Shown here: in pieces, positions 17,620 through 27,287 of the stretch | Layout of the letters: the number at the start of each line of letters is the position of its first letter | How positions within the stretch are numbered: position 1 is the stretch's first letter | Source of the DNA: a virus | IMG/VR virus record: IMGVR_UViG_3300037502_002506 | Location: 2,324 to 66,323 of that record | Strand: one strand, 5' to 3' | Length of the DNA: 64,000 nt | Translations under genes and position numbers: made by a program | Notes under the pieces: model-generated | What the model was told of the DNA's origin: nothing | Databases searched by the model: none | What the model saw: the letters and a program-made list of their open reading frames with translations, nothing else

Positions 17620-18285
17620 ATGGATCCCATTTCGAAAGAAGAAGATACAAGTACTTATAATTTTGACGCTTTAAAATCAAATGTTCCGTTTATTGTAAAT
17701 GGACAGGTTGTAGGACAACACCCAGACTATTTCGATAGATCTGAAATCTATAAGCAAAATTTTGAAAAAATGGGTAGCGATTCAAAAAATATTAAAATTA
17801 TTAAAAATTTTATTTCTGAAAGAGAATGTAAAATATTAATACAGTATATAAATACTTTTGCAATACCAAAGGAATATCCAGTTAAATGGGATGAAAAACT
17901 TGAACCAATTGTTACAAGAAAATCATATGTAAATGTAGAACCTACATATAAATATGTTCCATTAGTACAAGATTTACTAGAAAAAGAATACGGATTTCCA
18001 GTAAAAAATAAAAATGTATTTGTCGGTAGATGGGACGTAGGGGATAATTTAGATTTACATGTAGATGATTTAGGCACAACCAGTACTAATCATATGGCAA
18101 CACTTATATATTTAAACAGTGATTATGAGGGGGGAGAGATTGAGTTTCCAACTCACAACATATCTCACAAGCCTCAAGCAGGAGATCTCATAATGTTTCC
18201 TGGCAATATGCACTATGCTCATGAGGTAAAAACCATTACATCTGGATCAAGATATAGTATTCCGATGTGGTTTGAGTTTGTATAA
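17620..18285 (+). CDS. 2OG-Fe(II) oxygenase, prolyl-4-hydroxylase-like
   Basis: HVD...YLNSDYEGGE...HEV...RYS. Confidence 0.85.
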   Translation: MDPISKEEDTSTYNFDALKSNVPFIVNGQVVGQHPDYFDRSEIYKQNFEKMGSDSKNIKIIKNFISERECKILIQYINTFAIPKEYPVKWDEKLEPIVTRKSYVNVEPTYKYVPLVQDLLEKEYGFPVKNKNVFVGRWDVGDNLDLHVDDLGTTSTNHMATLIYLNSDYEGGEIEFPTHNISHKPQAGDLIMFPGNMHYAHEVKTITSGSRYSIPMWFEFV

Positions 18286-18288
18286 GTC

Positions 18289-18924
18289 ATGAATGATGAT
18301 TCATATATAATTAAAGATTGGGCTATAGTCACATTACCCCGTGTCGGAAGCCATTACTTACAGGAAAGAATATTTGCACATACGGGCAAATTGATAGTAA
18401 AGTATCATGAACCAAAACCTCAAACCTGGGGCTATGCAATTAAGGGATTGCTTAAACGCAACAACCGTTTTTGGAGCGGATTAGAGGTAGATAAATTAAA
18501 ATTAATAACCATAGTTAGAGACCCAAAAGATTTACTAATATCACATATTGCTTTATCTATAAAGCAAAAAGATACAAGATTTGTTATAGAAGATAATTTT
18601 TCATTAAATCTTGGTAATATTAAGGGTTTGATAGACAAATCTTGCAAACAGTACCTAGAACTTGAAGAAATTAGCAGTATAGTTATAGACTATAATCAAT
18701 TAGTATCATTTCCATTTGAGGTTACTTCAGCCGTAGCCAATATTTTAGAAATTGATATAATTACAGATAAATATGAGACACGCCTAGCAGATTCTGAAGG
18801 ATATTCCGTAAGTAGTAAAGAGTTACCACAATATGATGATGTAAAAAATGTTATAAATGATATGGATCTCTCAGATTTTTATCAGGCTTACAATAAAATA
18901 TTATCTAGGGCCATCACCCTATAA
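18289..18924 (+). CDS. Sulfotransferase-like P-loop protein
   Basis: PRVGSHYL and IVRDP motifs. Confidence 0.55.
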   Translation: MNDDSYIIKDWAIVTLPRVGSHYLQERIFAHTGKLIVKYHEPKPQTWGYAIKGLLKRNNRFWSGLEVDKLKLITIVRDPKDLLISHIALSIKQKDTRFVIEDNFSLNLGNIKGLIDKSCKQYLELEEISSIVIDYNQLVSFPFEVTSAVANILEIDIITDKYETRLADSEGYSVSSKELPQYDDVKNVINDMDLSDFYQAYNKILSRAITL

Positions 18925-19479
18925 AAATAAACGTAAAAACGCTATATAATATATCATCATGCTATCCCGTGAATCCAAAATAGACTCGATAATTGAAATT
19001 ATTCACGATCAAATAAAAGGAAAGCATAAGGATAAGTTGGCAAGAAAGTTAGCCGAAGAAATATTAGAGGCAATTGATGACGATGCCCCCAGTTGGTACG
19101 AGCATGGATAAAGAACAGATAAGGTATCTTTGCTATAGTTGTGGGGTTATATTTATGATAGATATTGATCTTGAGGATAAATGGGAACATTGTCCGAGAT
19201 GCTATAATAAATAGATGAAAGATGAGAAGTGCTATTATTGTGATAACAAGGCAGAATACAATCAGCCTGAAAAAGAGACAGGCATCATAGTTGGTGTTTG
19301 TTTTAAACATTTTACATATATTTATGCAGGATAGGGGCATATATGGCGATCAATACTAAAGAGTGGTCTAAAGAAACTAAAACAAGAATTATTCTTTCTA
19401 CCCTCGTTATTTTGGCAGCATTTGTATTTTTTTCTTTCATCTAATATAGTGTATAATTAAAAGATGATTCGGGGATGCT

Positions 19480-19737
19480 TTGTCACAAGAAAATATTAAA
19501 AAAAGAAAGTTGTTGGATGGTTCTGAGGTTAATGATTATGACTATCCAATTGATTTAATTTTACATACTAAGGCTCCAGGTAAATGGAAAGTTATTGATC
19601 TTGAAACTGGGCAAGAATATTTGGGTTCTGAAATAACACATAGCACCTTTGGAGAGATTTTACGCACCAAAGTAAGTAATGGTAAAATAGGATCTTGGCT
19701 TAAAACTAAAAGGAGAGACGGATCTAATGTCGAATAA
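19480..19737 (+). CDS. Hypothetical protein
   Basis: ORF overlapping next gene. Confidence 0.6.
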   Translation: MSQENIKKRKLLDGSEVNDYDYPIDLILHTKAPGKWKVIDLETGQEYLGSEITHSTFGEILRTKVSNGKIGSWLKTKRRDGSNVE

Positions 19738-21181
19738 ACCAATAACCTTCCACTGGATGTGGAGGAGACACTGGCAGATAAGTGACAGTATCGAAAACCT
19801 AGACCTTGATGGAATTCTACGTATGGCACAAGAATTAGATGGTGCAAACGTTAAGTCCGTTTTACTTCCATATGGTCCAGGTGGTATTGATTTTTCTTTA
19901 GTTATAAAAGACGCATTAGAAAAAACAAATCAATTAATTATGACAATTGCTTTACCTGCATATGGAACAAGTCCTGACTATGCTGCTAAAATTTTAGAAA
20001 CATTAAATCGTTTTGCTCCTGGAAGAATTGGAGTAAACCTTGTTGCTGGAAGATGGGGAGATGAAGGAAACAGCACTGCAGAAAAATTAGTAATAGATCA
20101 TTATATGCATGACTCTTCACTTATTGATACCCTTGCAAAAAGGGTGGCAATATCAGAAGTTTGGATGGATAAGGTTATGGCATTAATGGAAAAACATCAG
20201 CATAAAACACATATGGCTGTTGTTGGTTCCTCAGACACAACAATCAGGATAGCAAACAAGCATTGCGAATACATATACGTAGATGATAATCTGTTACGTA
20301 ATCCTGAGCAGTACGCAAAAATAACTAATTCAAAGCCAATCCTTATTGTAGATCCGCTAATAATTGAAAAGCCTGAAGACGTAGACAATGTTATCTATGA
20401 CGAGAATGCTCCGCCAAGAAAACAATTTCATCATATAATTGGAACACATGATGAGGTTGTTTCTGCAATTAAAGGTATTGCAGAAAAATTTAATATTTAT
20501 GATTTTATGATACATACAGATCAAAAAGATATTAGCAAATTGTTAAAACTAGTAAAGGAATTTGATAAAGTGCAACCTAACAACAATGATATGGAACATT
20601 TTGATATATCGAATGATGACAGAAGGCCTGAAGGATCTACAATTCATCATGAGGTTTTTGAAAAATTAGGATCTAAGCCAGATAATTTAAAAGTCTTTAC
20701 TAATTTTATTTCTCCAGAACAATGCAGCGCTATTATAGAAAGCATAAAAAATTCAGAGCCATCGTCTGAAAAACCAGTTCAGTTTAGCCCTGATGGGAAT
20801 CCCCTGACTTTTAGAAAAGACTGGGATATAAATCCGTACATAGATACATACAATGACATTGTTCGTGGTGTTATTGAGGCAGAATATCCAGTTAGAGTAA
20901 AAAGCAGAAGTGCAAAAATTGCAGAGTGGACAAAGAATGATGTTTATGATTTACACATTAATGATCTAGGGATAAATGATTTTAATAATATGTCTGTCAC
21001 TATATATCTTAATGATGATTTTGAAGGCGGAGAATATTATTTTCCCACTCAAAATAAAATCTTTAAACCAAAGGCTGGAGATTTAATTATTTTTCCAGGG
21101 AACATGCACTATAATCACATTATAAGCAAAGTTACTTCTGGATCAAGATATACTATTCCCTTATGGTATACCTTTATTTAA
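19727..21181 (+). CDS. Luciferase-like monooxygenase domain fused to 2OG-Fe(II) oxygenase
   Basis: N-term GRIGVNLVAG LLM-like; C-term HIND, YLNDDFEGGE, HII, RYT. Confidence 0.65.
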   Translation: MSNKPITFHWMWRRHWQISDSIENLDLDGILRMAQELDGANVKSVLLPYGPGGIDFSLVIKDALEKTNQLIMTIALPAYGTSPDYAAKILETLNRFAPGRIGVNLVAGRWGDEGNSTAEKLVIDHYMHDSSLIDTLAKRVAISEVWMDKVMALMEKHQHKTHMAVVGSSDTTIRIANKHCEYIYVDDNLLRNPEQYAKITNSKPILIVDPLIIEKPEDVDNVIYDENAPPRKQFHHIIGTHDEVVSAIKGIAEKFNIYDFMIHTDQKDISKLLKLVKEFDKVQPNNNDMEHFDISNDDRRPEGSTIHHEVFEKLGSKPDNLKVFTNFISPEQCSAIIESIKNSEPSSEKPVQFSPDGNPLTFRKDWDINPYIDTYNDIVRGVIEAEYPVRVKSRSAKIAEWTKNDVYDLHINDLGINDFNNMSVTIYLNDDFEGGEYYFPTQNKIFKPKAGDLIIFPGNMHYNHIISKVTSGSRYTIPLWYTFI

Positions 21182-21648
21182 AATCAGAATGAACATAAAA
21201 GATAAGATAGACAATGTATTGTTCAAAATTGGACAAGAAATAAAAATACATAAAATCAACCCTGATAATACTATTATTGAAATAAATTATGACAAATATT
21301 CTGATGAGATTTTAAAATTATTTGAAGAATATAAACACTTATAACTTTACAAATCTATTGTATTGGTGTATACTAAAGATATGATCAATAGGGTAGTAGT
21401 ATGTCCTAAATGCAATAAAGAAATAGAAGTCAGAACTGGTATATTTGCCCATGATACACTTAATAGACATATGAAAGAGCATAAATGAAAGAATATACTT
21501 TTCCAGATACAGATAAAGAAGGGTATGAAATTATTATCCCTAATAATGTAACAAAAGATATTATCCGTGACTACCTTCAAAAAACTTATTATTGGTCTAT
21601 TGCTCTTGGGTCTTTTATAATTGGGTTTTTGGCTGGAGTAGTGGTATC

Positions 21649-22023
21649 GTGAATCAGTCAGATGAAATAAAAGAACCAAAATCTATTTTAGATAACTCAG
21701 TCGCAGAACATAAATCTCGTCCTCCATTACGATGGATCGCAAATTGGGCGGGATCAATAGCATCTTCAGGATTACTAGAGATATCATATCTAGAAGATGA
21801 AGGCAAAACAGATACATTTAGATATAAGTTTCATGCATGGAAATGGGATACATTCTGGCCACTATATAGAGAGTATGGAACTGCATATAGATTGAGAATG
21901 GATTTGAGCGGGGCAGAATGGGATGACTATGATGCTGATGGTATTCCATATTGGGATAAGTGGGAAGAATGGGATTTCGTAGATGAAGAGACAGATGATG
22001 CATTTAGGGTTATATATAAATGA
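21649..22023 (+). CDS. Hypothetical Trp/Asp-rich protein
   Basis: GTG start behind GGAG. Confidence 0.55.
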   Translation: MNQSDEIKEPKSILDNSVAEHKSRPPLRWIANWAGSIASSGLLEISYLEDEGKTDTFRYKFHAWKWDTFWPLYREYGTAYRLRMDLSGAEWDDYDADGIPYWDKWEEWDFVDEETDDAFRVIYK

Positions 22024-22100
22024 AATACGCTATCGGTATCCTAATACTACTATTTGCTATACTTAACTACATGGCATACTTACAGGGAAGGACATATTAA

Positions 22101-22649
22101 ATGATTTATCACAAGCACTTATTGGTTAATGCTAAAGTAAAGAATCCAATAAATACAGAAGAAGAGGGAATTAATTTCCTTCGCAATTTAGTCGAAAAGA
22201 TCGACATGAAGATTATTAAGGGTCCATTTGCATCCTATGTGGATAAAGATGGCAATAAGGGTCTAACAGGAATTGTAATGATTGAGACCAGCCATATTGC
22301 TTTTCACATATGGGATGAAGTAGACCCAGGATTAATTCAATTTGATTTATATACTTGTGGTCAACTAGAATTCAATAAAGTTATTAATATCTTCAAAGAA
22401 ACATTTAATGTTGTTGAATTTGATTATGTATTATTTGATCGTGAAAATGGATTTGTTGTAGAACAAAGCGGTCGGGAAGCCGATGGAGTTCAATACAACC
22501 AATACCCTGACGGCAAAACAGTCCCAAAAGAAATGCTAAATCCAAATATTGGAGGGTGGTTAAAACCAAAAAATCATCAAGATGATACAGACTTTGACCC
22601 TTCAATCATAGAAGAAATATGGGGTAAAAAAATAGGAAAAAATAAATAG
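22101..22649 (+). CDS. speD: S-adenosylmethionine decarboxylase proenzyme
   Basis: GLTGIVMIETSHIAFHIWDE...DLYTCG. Confidence 0.8.
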   Translation: MIYHKHLLVNAKVKNPINTEEEGINFLRNLVEKIDMKIIKGPFASYVDKDGNKGLTGIVMIETSHIAFHIWDEVDPGLIQFDLYTCGQLEFNKVINIFKETFNVVEFDYVLFDRENGFVVEQSGREADGVQYNQYPDGKTVPKEMLNPNIGGWLKPKNHQDDTDFDPSIIEEIWGKKIGKNK

Positions 22650-22764
22650 ATATTAAAAACAATTACAAATCCTAATATAAAAAATAGTTTAAATGGTAAA
22701 GATATTTGACAATTTATCTTGAATATTGTACAATTATAATATAACCTAAACAAAAGGATTTAAA

Positions 22765-23961
22765 ATGAAAAAAATTATCTACATTGTTTTTGCAAGTTTA
22801 TTATTTTCTTCATCTCCATCAGTAGCAGTAGAGTTTGGCCAAGATGCGACTGGAGATCCAACTGCGGTGAAGGTTGGAGGCGCATCTGGGTTTTTGTATT
22901 CCGAGAGAATTGTTATAACTGTTGGGCACGTAATTGATAGCACTGGCGGTCTGGCTTATTGGGAGCGAAGTGGTGTCATATATAAGCCAGGCATTGCTAG
23001 TATTGCAGGGCAAAGAGGCTACAAAGTTAAAAAGGTAATTATTCCAAGTACCTATGTTTACCCAGATTATGCAAATAATATAATTTTCGATGATCTCGCC
23101 ATAATTGTTTTGAGTGAGGACATTCCCGTAACAAAGAAGGCTGTTCTTGCAACAGAGGAGCAGATGAAACGTTTTGTGAGGGAAAAGTCTAAAGTTGAGT
23201 TGGTTGGTTATGGAATTACAAATGTAAATCAGAGAAATAGGCCATGGGCAGAAATCATTAATCGGCCACCAAACAGACTTACAAGCACTTTATTGTCTCC
23301 TGAAGAGGTGCTTAACTTCTACAGACAATACACAGTGGATTGGAAGAAGATCAATAAGCCAGGTGTTTACGGCATAGTTCAAAATCGTGACCTGAAGCAG
23401 AGTCACATTTGTGATGGAGATTCAGGATCAGTATTTTTTGTCGAAGAAAATAATGTTCGTTATGTTCTTGGAACAACTGGACTTGGACTGGTCAATAATA
23501 ATTGTCAGGCACCAGAAAGATTGTCTCCGTTTCCTTCGATGAGTTGGATTGATCCCAAATCAAAGTTACCAAGTTTAATAAAAGAGGCAGAAGAGATTGT
23601 TGCTGAAGATAGGAAAATAGAATTCGCTCAGGCAGAAGCAGTACGTCTTGCTGCAGAGTTGAAAGCAGAGCAAGAAGCAGAAGCGAAGGCAAAGGTTGAA
23701 GCAGAGGCCAAAGCAAAGGCTGAGGAAGAAGCACGGGCAAAGACTGAAGCAGAACTAAAAGCCAAGGCAGAAACGGAAGCGAAGGCTGAGGCAGAAATTG
23801 CAGCAAAAAATGTTGCAGCATTAGCAACTAAAAAAGCATTTGCTGGCAAAAGATGCACTAAACTAAACAAAACTACAACTGTAGTAAAATTGGTCAAGTT
23901 TACTTGTGTCAAAAAGGGCAATAAACTTGTTTGGAATAACGGGGTAATCATAAATAACTAA
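22765..23961 (+). CDS. Secreted trypsin-like serine protease with Ala/Glu/Lys coiled coil
   Basis: Signal peptide; TVGH, DDLAI, CDGDSG triad; EAEAKAK repeats. Confidence 0.75.
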   Translation: MKKIIYIVFASLLFSSSPSVAVEFGQDATGDPTAVKVGGASGFLYSERIVITVGHVIDSTGGLAYWERSGVIYKPGIASIAGQRGYKVKKVIIPSTYVYPDYANNIIFDDLAIIVLSEDIPVTKKAVLATEEQMKRFVREKSKVELVGYGITNVNQRNRPWAEIINRPPNRLTSTLLSPEEVLNFYRQYTVDWKKINKPGVYGIVQNRDLKQSHICDGDSGSVFFVEENNVRYVLGTTGLGLVNNNCQAPERLSPFPSMSWIDPKSKLPSLIKEAEEIVAEDRKIEFAQAEAVRLAAELKAEQEAEAKAKVEAEAKAKAEEEARAKTEAELKAKAETEAKAEAEIAAKNVAALATKKAFAGKRCTKLNKTTTVVKLVKFTCVKKGNKLVWNNGVIINN

Positions 23962-23971
23962 ATAGTTTTAG

Positions 23972-24045
23972 GGAGCAGTAGCCAAGTTGGTCAAGGCCCC
24001 GAACTCATAATTCGGCTATCGTAGGTTCAAGTCCTACCTGCTCTA
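23972..24045 (+). tRNA. tRNA with CAT anticodon (elongator Met or Ile2)
   Basis: GGAGCAG/CTGCTCT acceptor, CCGAA-CTCATAA-TTCGG, TTCAAGT loop. Confidence 0.9.
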
Positions 24046-24048
24046 CAA

Positions 24049-24206
24049 GGTCTATCCAGAATTCGACTCAGGATAGATACAACTGCCCCGAAACTTTCGC
24101 AGGTGGAAGTCGTTAGATAACCCAGTCGAATGGGCCTAAGCAGACAGCATCTAGGGAGCAGAGCCAGTGGTTATATTCGCCGTAGAAACGGGTAGCGTGA
24201 CTGGCA
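24049..24206 (+). ncRNA. Candidate structured RNA with kissing loop
   Basis: Five predicted stems; loop TTCGAC complementary to loop GTCGAA. Confidence 0.6.
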
Positions 24207-24225
24207 CTTATAATTGCGTAGTTTA

Positions 24226-24298
24226 GCCCTTGTAGCCCAGTGGTAGAGGCACACGACTTAAAATCGTGACAGCGTTGGTTCGAATCCAACCAGGGGCA
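24226..24298 (+). tRNA. tRNA-Leu(TAA), short variable loop
   Basis: GCCCTTG/CAGGGGC, CACGA-CTTAAAA-TCGTG, TTCGAAT. Confidence 0.85.
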
Positions 24299-24326
24299 CG
24301 ATGGTATACTTGATGTGGAGGAATAA

Positions 24327-25085
24327 ATGATTATACAAATTATTGGGCTGCCTGGTTCTGGCAAGACAGCACTTGCACAGGCACTTAAAGAAAGAATTAA
24401 TGCTATTCATCTTAATGCAGATGAAGTTAGATCAACGGTAAACTCCGATCTAGGATTTAGCAATGAAGATAGAATTGAGCAAGCAAGAAGAATGGGAGAA
24501 ATGGCTAGGCTTATTGCCAAGCAAAATGTTGCCCCTGTCATTGTTGATTTTGTTTGTCCAACTGAAGAAGCGAGAGAGGCATTTGGTTTTGCAGATTTAG
24601 TGGTATGGGTTGATAGAATTAAGCAGGGCAGATTTGAAGATACCAATAAACTTTGGGCAGACCCTTGGCATTTTCATATAAGAATTCTTGATGGTTATAC
24701 TATAGAAGAAGAGGTTAATACTGTAATTCAAACTGGATCATTATTTGACTGGTCTGCTCCAACTACTTTGCAACTTGGAAGATATCAACCTTGGCACGAA
24801 GGGCATCAGGCTTTAAAAGAAGAAGCCCATAAGAGAACACCACAGGTTCTTGTCGGTGTTCGTAATACCTATAAAACATCTGAAAAGGATCCATTGAAAT
24901 ATGACGAGGTGTCCGAATTTATTAAGCAGGATAATCCATTTAAAGATACGTTAGTATTACGACTACCCAATATTACCAATGTTGTTTATGGTCGTGATGT
25001 AGGATATAAGATTGAACAAGTAAAGTTAGGAGAAGACATTGAGTCTATTAGTGCTACTCAAAAGCGTAAAGAAATGGGTATTTGA
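24327..25085 (+). CDS. Adenylyl-sulfate kinase-like domain fused to HxGH nucleotidyltransferase
   Basis: GLPGSGKT, ADEVR...DLGFS..DR; GRYQPWHEGH. Confidence 0.75.
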   Translation: MIIQIIGLPGSGKTALAQALKERINAIHLNADEVRSTVNSDLGFSNEDRIEQARRMGEMARLIAKQNVAPVIVDFVCPTEEAREAFGFADLVVWVDRIKQGRFEDTNKLWADPWHFHIRILDGYTIEEEVNTVIQTGSLFDWSAPTTLQLGRYQPWHEGHQALKEEAHKRTPQVLVGVRNTYKTSEKDPLKYDEVSEFIKQDNPFKDTLVLRLPNITNVVYGRDVGYKIEQVKLGEDIESISATQKRKEMGI

Positions 25086-25150
25086 TAATTCAAGTAATTC
25101 CTGGGCAGATAAAGAAGCAGAATTATTTATTAACTTTAAAGAAAAAATAG

Positions 25151-25354
25151 ATGAGAGTAACGAAGAGTAGATCGTTTGCTAAAGCCTGGAGTTATAGAGT
25201 ATTTGGCACCTTGACTTCTTTTCTTGTTGTGTATATAATTACTGGAGAGGCTGTTTTGGCTACCGCTATTGCATTTTGGGAAACCGTATTAAAAATAGGT
25301 GTATATTATTGGCACGAAAGAATATGGGACAAAATACAGTGGGGTAGAAAATAA
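25151..25354 (+). CDS. DUF2061 membrane protein
   Basis: RSFAKAWSYR...YYWHERIW. Confidence 0.8.
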   Translation: MRVTKSRSFAKAWSYRVFGTLTSFLVVYIITGEAVLATAIAFWETVLKIGVYYWHERIWDKIQWGRK

Positions 25355-25357
25355 AAT

Positions 25358-25429
25358 ACCTCTGTAACTCAGCGGAAGAGTAGCGGACTTCTAATCCGTT
25401 TGTCGCAGGTTCGATTCCTGCCAGGGGCA
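25358..25429 (+). tRNA. tRNA-Arg(TCT)
   Basis: GCGGA-CTTCTAA-TCCGT; TTCGATT; A1:C72 mismatch. Confidence 0.85.
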
Positions 25430-25445
25430 CTACAATTAAATACTT

Positions 25446-25521
25446 TGGTCTGTAGTTCAGTTGGTAGAACACTCGACTGTTAATCGAGATGTCGCAGGAT
25501 CGAGACCTGCCAGACCAGCCA
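25446..25521 (+). tRNA. tRNA-Asn(GTT)
   Basis: TGGTCTG/CAGACCA, CTCGA-CTGTTAA-TCGAG, encoded CCA. Confidence 0.9.
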
Positions 25522-25546
25522 TGATACAATTTAGTGTGGAGTTAAT

Positions 25547-27151
25547 ATGTCAATAAACAAAATAGTAATTGTTGGCGGTGGATCTGCTGGATGGATGTCA
25601 GCAGCAACACTAATAAAAGCATTTCCAGATAAAGACATAAGTGTAATAGAATCTAAACATGTTCCAATTATAGGTGTTGGAGAGTCTACATTGGGTCAGA
25701 TTAAACGCTGGACAGATTTTATAGGATTACAAGATAAAGATTTTTTAAAGGCTACAGATGCTACATATAAATTAAGCATAAAATTTACTGATTTTTATAA
25801 AAAAGATTCTGGCGGATTTCATTATCCATTTGGAACCCCAATGGTATATAAAAATAGAAATCCATTTTACGATTGGCATATTAAAAAATATATATCTCCA
25901 GAGACACCAGTTACAGATTTTGTAGAATGTTTATTTCCAGCAGCAGCATTATTTGCAAAAAATAAATACTCTGAAAATCTTAATAATGAGTTCGATAATT
26001 TTGATACTAAGAGGGCTGTTGCATATCATTTTAATGCTGTTAAGTTTGGGCAGTGGCTTAAGGATTTTGTATGTTTGCCAAATGGAGTAAAACATATTGA
26101 AGCAACTGTTACTAATGTTATTAAAGATGATGAGGCAGGAATTAAATATCTTGAATTAGATAATAACGAAATTGTTAATGCAGATTTGTTTGTAGATTGC
26201 ACAGGCTTTAAAAGTCTGTTACTTGGTGAAACTTTAAATGAACCATATATTTCTTTTCAACATTTAATTCCAAATAACGGTGCTTGGGCTGCACAGGTGC
26301 CGTACAAGGATAAAGAAAAAGAAATGGAATCCTATACAAACTGTACAGCCCTTGGAAATGGATGGTGCTGGAATACCCCACTATATTCTAGATTAGGAAC
26401 TGGATATGTCCATTCAACAAAATTTATTACAAAAGAACAGGCGCTAGATGAGTTTAAGCAATACCTAATGTCAGATAAAATGATAATTCCTAGAACTAAA
26501 GAAGAAGTCGAAGATTTAAAGTTTAGATACATTGACATGAAAATTGGTATTCACGAGAGAACATTTGTAAAAAATGTAGTAGCAATAGGAATGGCTGCTG
26601 GTTTTATTGAGCCACTAGAATCTAACGGCTTATATACAGTACATGAATTTTTGTTTAAGTTAATAGATATATTACAAAGAGATAATATAAGTCAGTTTGA
26701 TCGAAACATGTATAATCAATCAACTAAGTCTATATATCAAGGATTTGCTAAATTTGTATCCTTACATTATTTATTGTCTCACAGAGATGATACAGAATAT
26801 TGGAGAAGCATTAAAAATGGAACCACAATAGATGTGGAAAATGAAATGCTAACTTCTTTATTTGATAAAGAAGATCCTTTTAATGATTTAGTTCAAAGAT
26901 ATATGACAAAACAGGAGCACCCTTTCGGTCCTGCTGGAATAACATACATAGCCACTGGAATGAACTTAAACATGATGAATATTGCTAGGGCAAAAGCGGA
27001 TTACTTTGGAACAGGAATACCGCTAGGACATTCGGCCTTTCAATTTAATTCAATCTGGGAAGAAAGAAAGCAAAAATGGAAGAATAATGCAATTAATGCA
27101 CCGTCCTTATATGAGTATTTAAAAAATAATTATTTTGACGGAGAAGAATAA
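25547..27151 (+). CDS. Tryptophan-halogenase family flavin-dependent enzyme (PrnA/RebH-like)
   Basis: GGGSAG, GVGEST, TYKLSIKF lysine, WCWNTP, FIEPLESNG. Confidence 0.85.
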   Translation: MSINKIVIVGGGSAGWMSAATLIKAFPDKDISVIESKHVPIIGVGESTLGQIKRWTDFIGLQDKDFLKATDATYKLSIKFTDFYKKDSGGFHYPFGTPMVYKNRNPFYDWHIKKYISPETPVTDFVECLFPAAALFAKNKYSENLNNEFDNFDTKRAVAYHFNAVKFGQWLKDFVCLPNGVKHIEATVTNVIKDDEAGIKYLELDNNEIVNADLFVDCTGFKSLLLGETLNEPYISFQHLIPNNGAWAAQVPYKDKEKEMESYTNCTALGNGWCWNTPLYSRLGTGYVHSTKFITKEQALDEFKQYLMSDKMIIPRTKEEVEDLKFRYIDMKIGIHERTFVKNVVAIGMAAGFIEPLESNGLYTVHEFLFKLIDILQRDNISQFDRNMYNQSTKSIYQGFAKFVSLHYLLSHRDDTEYWRSIKNGTTIDVENEMLTSLFDKEDPFNDLVQRYMTKQEHPFGPAGITYIATGMNLNMMNIARAKADYFGTGIPLGHSAFQFNSIWEERKQKWKNNAINAPSLYEYLKNNYFDGEE

Positions 27152-27173
27152 GTATGATAGTATATTTATTGTT

Positions 27174-27247
27174 GGTCCGTTAGTTCAGTTGGTTAGAACG
27201 CTACCCTGTCACGGTAGAGGTCGTCGGTTCAAGTCCGATACGGATCG
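27174..27247 (+). tRNA. tRNA-Asp(GTC)
   Basis: GGTCCGT/ACGGATC, CTACC-CTGTCAC-GGTAG. Confidence 0.9.
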
Positions 27248-27287
27248 CTAGAGCCTGGTGTATCCGTTATTGGTGTATAATGATTGT

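Noticed and set aside
24046-24110. Theta/HDV-like ribozyme after tRNA-CAT
   Set aside because: The 13-nt loop of the first stem is too short to hold P2, P3 and L3.
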